DNA of 63,355 bases, filler included. It is 6 parts of 6 records of this genome, joined end to end, with 100 filler letters (N's around TTAATTAATTAA, not from the genome) between each part and the next. Parts side by side here need not be neighbours in the genome. Positions count along the whole stretch, not along the records: positions 57,656 to 63,355 come from SRR31156797_3153; 5 more parts are not named here. One strand, given 5' to 3'. Below the pieces are notes generated by a model, which was given only the letters and a program-made list of their open reading frames with translations, searched no databases and was not told the DNA's origin. The number at the start of each line of letters is the position of its first letter. The first letter of the stretch is position 1. Below, piece by piece: positions 60,265 to 63,355 of the stretch. The position numbers were made by a program, and so were the translations under genes.

Positions 60265-62451
60265 ATGACTACCACCCCAAGCATTAAATACATAAGCCAA
60301 ACTTTCACTAAGCAGCATAGCCAGTTCTACTGTGGTCTGGCATGTTTGGCAAGCATAATAAAATATTATGGAGGCGAAACTACTCAGGAGAAGTTAAGAG
60401 AGGATAGTGGTACTACTTTAAATGGCACATCCATGTTAGGCTTGTATCAAAGTGCCAAAAGATTGGGATTCAAAGTTGCAGGTTACGAAGGCAGAATAAA
60501 GGATTTAAAGGAGCAGGATGTCCCTCTTATTTTACATATTCTGAAAGATGAGAAACTTGAACATTTTGTGGTTTGTTATGGATTTCAAGATGGCAAGTTT
60601 ACCATAGGCGATCCTGGATGGGGAATTACCGAATATACGGAAGAGGAGCTGGAAACAGTTTGGAAAAGTAAGACCTTGTTAAAATTGGTGCCGGGTAAAA
60701 ACTTTGTAACTAAAAAGAAGGGACAAAAGAGCAAACAGGCTTGGTTTGTGCGTTTAATACAGGATGATTATCCGCTGTTGGGTATTGCTGTCTTTTTGGG
60801 TGTTGTTATTTCGGTGCTGGGTTTAGCTACGGCCATTTTCTCGCAAAAGCTGATAGACCGAATTTTGCCTGAAAAAGATATATGAACTCTGATTATGGGT
60901 TTGGTTATTTTTACTTTTATTCTTATAGCACGGGGGCTGATAACTTATGTGCGTAGCGTATTTCTGGTACGCCAAAGTAAAGAAATGAATATGCGTTTAA
61001 TTTCTAACTTTTTTGGTAAATTACTATTCTTGCCTAAAACATTTTTCGATAGTACGTCAACAGGAGATATGGTTGCCAGGATGAATGATGCCAGCCGAAT
61101 TCAAAATGTGGTAGTACATTTAAGCAGTCAAATTGTTATTGATGTTTTAATAGTGCTTATTTCTTCGGGGTATATTTTCTTTTATTCAGTTTCTACTGGT
61201 CTAATCAGTTTGTTGTCGATGCCAATTTTTGGACTATTGGCCTGGAAATACAATAAGAAAATTATTATTGCTCAGCGGAATATGATGCAAGGTTATGCAG
61301 CTGCAGAAAGTAAATACATTGATACGATAAATGGCATAAAACCTATAAAAGCCTTTAATCGTGAAGGTTTGTTTTCGAAAGTTGTTAATGCTGTATATGG
61401 TTTTTTTATGCAAAAGGTATATGATCTGGGATTGCTGGGAGCCCGCATTAACTTATGGATTACATTAGGAAGTGTGTTATTGCTTACTGGTATTATTTCC
61501 TGGACTGCATATCTTGTTTTGATTGAAGAGTTAATGCTTGGGCAGATGATGGCAATAATAATCTTGGTTGGAGGATTGGGCGTGTCGGTAGTAAATATTG
61601 CGATGGCAAACGTGCAGTTTCAGGAAGCCCGTGTTGCCTTTGATCGTATGTATGAATTTGCGGCTGCGGAGCCTGAATATGATGGTAAGGAAATGATTTC
61701 CGTTGAAAAAAAGCCTGATATGTCATTTGATAACCTTTTTGTTAAGGATCTTAATTTTCGATTTCCCGGGAAAAGCTTATTGCTAAAAGATTTAGGTTTT
61801 GAGATTAAGCGAGGTGAAATTGTAACCTTTTTTGGCGAAATAGGGTGTGGAAAAAGCACGCTTCTTTCAATACTTCAACGGTTTCATAAATACGAGTCGG
61901 GTACGATTCAAATCGCTGGAAATGACTGGTATGAATGTAGTACAAAGTATTGGCGGGAAAATGTGGCTATTGTTGAACAGCATGTGCAGTTGTTTAATGG
62001 TACCATTTTGGAAAATATAGCTCTAGAAGAAGAGCCTGATACCAAAATGATTGTGGAATTTTGTCAGCAATATGGCTTTCATGACTTTATAATGGAATTC
62101 CAACAGGGTTATGCAACCATTGTAAATGAGAATAGTACCAATCTTTCGGGCGGGCAACGACAATTAATTTCGTTGGCACGTGCCCTATATCATTGCCCTA
62201 AAATATTATTGCTTGATGAGGCTACAGCTGCTATGGGGCGAAGAACGGAGAAATTTGTAATTGAGCTACTTGGGCAACTAAAAGAGGAAATGATAATCAT
62301 ATTTGTTACCCATCGACCACAATTGGCTCGTCATACTGATCGTATATATGTTCTGGAGGATAAAACTATTTCGGCATATGGTACTCATGAAAATCTTCTT
62401 GGGAAAAATAAATTCTACCGGGATGCCTTTGAGGAATTAGTAATCGCCTAA
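60265..62451 (+). pseudogene. C39 peptidase-containing ABC transporter (PCAT) interrupted by one in-frame TGA at 60883-60885
   Basis: C39 motifs Q.....CGLACL, HFVV, DP in the first ORF. TMD, GEIGCGKST, LSGGQ, LLLDE and VTHR in the second ORF. Both are in the same frame, 9 bp apart. Confidence 0.8.
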
Positions 62452-63355
62452 TCCAACGACTGCCCAATATTAGTTGAAATGGCAATCATTTTGTCGTATT
62501 CCTGGGGAGTAAGGTCTTTGAACATATAATAGGCCGGATTAACCTTACGGCCATTTTTATGTACCTCGTAATGCAAGTGTGGAGCAGTTGATCCGCCAGT
62601 ATTTCCCACGTAAGCAATAATGTCTCCACGTTTAACTTGTTGGCCGCGTTTTACATTAAACTCATTTAAGTGTCCATACACCGTTTCGTAACCATAACCA
62701 TGGTCGATTTTAATGTTTAATCCAAAGCCAACCTTACTACGTTTTGATCCTTTTACTTCGGTAACTTTTCCATCGCCGGTTGCATAAATCGGAGTTCCTA
62801 CAGGAGCAGTAAAGTCTTGTCCCCAGTGCATTTTACGTACTTTGTATATTGGGTGAATCCGATATCCCCAACCACTTGATGTACGTTTCAGGTCTTTGTT
62901 GGTGATGGGCATAATAGCCGGCAACGAAGCCAGCATCTTTTCCTTGTTTAAGGCTAAATCTAAAACTTCATCGTACGATTTCGATTGAATGTAGGCCTGT
63001 TTTGAAATTACATCGAGCTTGTGTGCCGTAGAAATAACCAACTCGGCATTGTCCATGTTTTCCAAATGCGAATACTTGTTTGCTCCTCCAAAGCCGGCAT
63101 CTCTCACCGATGAAGGTATCGGTTCCGCTTCAAAAATTACACGGTAAATATTATCATCTCTTTGCTGAAGTTCGGTTAAAACATTTTCAACCTTATCTAA
63201 ATCTTTCGATAATAATTGGTATTGGGTAAGTAATCGTTTGTTTTCTCGCTCCAATCTTTTTGAACGTGGTGTATCGTATAGGTTCAGAAAAACTATTGAT
63301 ACAATAAGTGCTAAGGCAAAACTACTCGAAAGATAAGTCAATATCTTTGTTGCTC
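62448..63355 (-). CDS. M23 family metallopeptidase, 5'-truncated
   Basis: HWGQD (HxxxD), YGHL, STAPHLHYEV. Frame is open to the window edge. Confidence 0.9.
   Translation of the reverse strand, partial: ATKILTYLSSSFALALIVSIVFLNLYDTPRSKRLERENKRLLTQYQLLSKDLDKVENVLTELQQRDDNIYRVIFEAEPIPSSVRDAGFGGANKYSHLENMDNAELVISTAHKLDVISKQAYIQSKSYDEVLDLALNKEKMLASLPAIMPITNKDLKRTSSGWGYRIHPIYKVRKMHWGQDFTAPVGTPIYATGDGKVTEVKGSKRSKVGFGLNIKIDHGYGYETVYGHLNEFNVKRGQQVKRGDIIAYVGNTGGSTAPHLHYEVHKNGRKVNPAYYMFKDLTPQEYDKMIAISTNIGQSLD

Noticed and set aside
60883-60885. Selenocysteine or genome-wide TGA-to-Trp recoding
   Set aside because: The position is a loop of an ABC membrane domain rather than a redox site. Other genes on the contig use TGG for Trp and have no internal TGA.

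Overview
This window is not one locus. It is six unrelated assembly fragments joined by five identical 100-bp linkers (44 N + TTAATTAATTAA + 44 N), so gene neighbourhoods only hold within a fragment. (1) 1-7873, GC-rich and Deltaproteobacteria-like: 3' end of a BKACE gene, a GntR-led succinate-dehydrogenase-like operon whose flavoprotein lacks the covalent-FAD His, a secreted S8 protease and a truncated hybrid kinase. (2) 7974-25596, Bacteroidota-like: FISUMP protein, etfBA plus acyl-CoA dehydrogenase, and a four-gene cluster (STAND-type/WD40 protein, beta-barrel, lipoprotein, 2420-aa T9SS surface protein). (3) 25697-35229, Bacteroidota-like: TPR-PAS hybrid kinase, pruA, a methyltransferase-fold protein with GRAS-like motifs, mgsA. 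(4) 35330-49668: an almost complete ~14-kb integrative mobilizable element ending in a tmRNA 3'-end duplication. It carries a P4-like integrase, AlpA, DUF3987, a ColE1-like nested mob module, ankyrin, two Fic genes and an AT-rich five-gene cargo operon (SMEK-STAND NTPase, small ORF, 'MKIRTDFVTNSSS' protein, radical SAM/SPASM enzyme, unknown ORF). That operon is the best candidate for an undescribed, possibly anti-phage, system. (5) 49769-57555: housekeeping genes ftsH, purC, prs, hsp20, lon, a radical SAM gene and thiL. (6) 57656-63355, Bacteroidota-like: a bacteriocin-type cluster with two double-glycine precursors (one missed by the ORF track), a structured leader, a thioredoxin-like protein and a C39 peptidase ABC exporter interrupted by one in-frame TGA. 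All family assignments come from motif recognition by eye; no searches were run.
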